Shown piece after piece: positions 62,687-64,000 of a stretch of 64,000 nucleotides of DNA. The stretch is from Lytechinus pictus (Eukaryota), in assembly GCF_037042905.1 (NCBI RefSeq), contig NC_087254.1, forward strand, positions 4,340,001-4,404,000, in the 5' to 3' direction. Position 1 is the stretch's first letter. Every line of letters begins with the position of its first letter. Both the position numbers and the translations under genes were made by a program. The notes under the pieces are model-generated. The model did not search any database, was not told the DNA's origin, and was given only the letters and a program-made list of their open reading frames with translations.

Positions 62687-63735
62687 TAAATATAGCAGTT
62701 TGTTGATTATTAATTTGATCTATAGTGAGTATTTTATATTTGGCAAAATCAATCAATAGAAAAAACAAAGAAAAAGAGGGAAAATACAAAGAAATGACAG
62801 GTACAAATCATGCTTGTCTGGGTTTTAAAAACAGGAGAAGGGTGGTCAATACAATATTTCAAAGAGCAACTATGAAGAGGGTTTTGTTTTTATCAAATAA
62901 TTTTTGCAGTTCCTTTGGAGTGATGTTGTTTTTGTTTTTCTTTGAATAGAATATCACCCATTCTAGAAAACTGAAATCTGTATCTAACACTAAGTTGCCC
63001 TAGTGTTGTTTTCCAATCTACATTTTCTAGTTCCTGGTATCATAATTATGGATGTAATCATTTAAGGTGTACCAGTTAGAAAATTGTTGACTTTTGGTAT
63101 ATATTTACATAAATTATGCAAGTTGCAGGTCACGTAGTTGATAAATTGTTGACACAAGCATTAGCTCTATGATCACTTTCTCAATGACTCTAATGACAAG
63201 CTTCTGTAATAATAAAATATATTGTATTTACTAGATAATTTGAACAACTGGACCAAATTGTGGCAATATTAATGAGTTATATATCTAAGTGATAATGGGG
63301 TACTCCAGGCTGAAAATGATATGATTTGAACAAAGAAAACAATGAAAATTTGATCAAAGTCAGATACGGAATAACAAAATTATCGCTGCATTTTAAAGAA
63401 TGATTTGCATTATTCTGGTGAAACAGGTCTGGCGTGTCTTCATGGATATTCAATAAGCAAGCTCATGATGTCATATCTTCACTTTTTCTTTATATTTCAT
63501 TATATGAAATTAGATTGATTAATTTTTAAACGTTCAATTCAATAACCCCCCTATTTGTTATCAGATTTTTATGAAATAAGCACTTTAATATGTGATGTTA
63601 CTATATCTATTTATATATAAATATTTTCATCCCGGAGCATCCCTTTAAATGATTTATTTATTATTTCTGTTTTCTAGAGAAAGAGGGTCTCTTCAATAAA
63701 AAAAAAACTGAGTTAAAAGAGAGCCCTGTACATAC

Positions 63736-64000
63736 AACAAGTGGAACGTCTCTGGCAGTCTCACCTGCATTACACGATTCAATATAGCAGCAGTGCCCGG
63801 GAGCAGTGCTGACTTTGAAAACTACTATAAAATAGTTATTCAAAATTAGTTATTCAACAAATACCCCCACATAGCCAAAGTTCATTGACCTTGAATGACC
63901 TTTGACCTTGATCATGTGACCTGAAACTTGCTGCAGGATGTTCAGTGATGTCCAAATACTTTCTAAGTTATGCTATCATTTCAGAAACTTACAACATTCG
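63736..64000 (+). mobile_element. HINE-like element, same family as 12086 (truncated by window edge)
   Basis: AACAAGTGGAACGTCTCTGGCAGTCTC...TGACCTTTGACCTTGATCATGTGACC. Confidence 0.65.

Overview
AT-rich, repeat-dense animal genomic DNA with spliceosomal GT-AG introns. The poly-G-containing MITEs, tRNA-derived SINEs and intronless rhodopsin-type GPCRs suggest a sea urchin or another echinoderm (inference, not verified). Most ORFs in the supplied track are spurious. By checking splice sites and reading phase by hand I reconstructed five complete genes and one partial gene: (1) ADPRM, a Mn-dependent ADP-ribose/CDP-alcohol diphosphatase (- strand, 2 coding exons, ~389 aa); (2,3) two intronless class-A GPCR paralogs inside a ~3 kb inverted duplication (9907-11094 + and 32575-33753 -); (4) a secreted fibrinogen-related (FReD) lectin (+ strand, 5 exons, 311 aa) whose last intron holds the second GPCR antisense; (5) an LRRC14/PRAME-like LRR gene (- strand, 5 coding exons, ~509 aa); (6) the first exon of an unidentified signal-peptide protein (+ strand, 54429). 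The rest is transposon debris: an AcademH derivative with a RecQ-helicase remnant and 9-bp TSD, CMC/EnSpm-like, hAT-like, Kolobok-like, Harbinger-like and Tc1-like MITEs, HINE-like elements, SINEs, two L2/Crack-type LINE stubs fused head-to-head, and many local 180-400 bp tandem duplications. The most notable observations are the inverted GPCR pair bracketing FReD exons 1-4, the triplicated stop-codon regions of both ADPRM and the LRR gene, and a canonical kB site in a head-to-head promoter region split by a transposon. I found no clear-cut new system; the best candidates are hypotheses.
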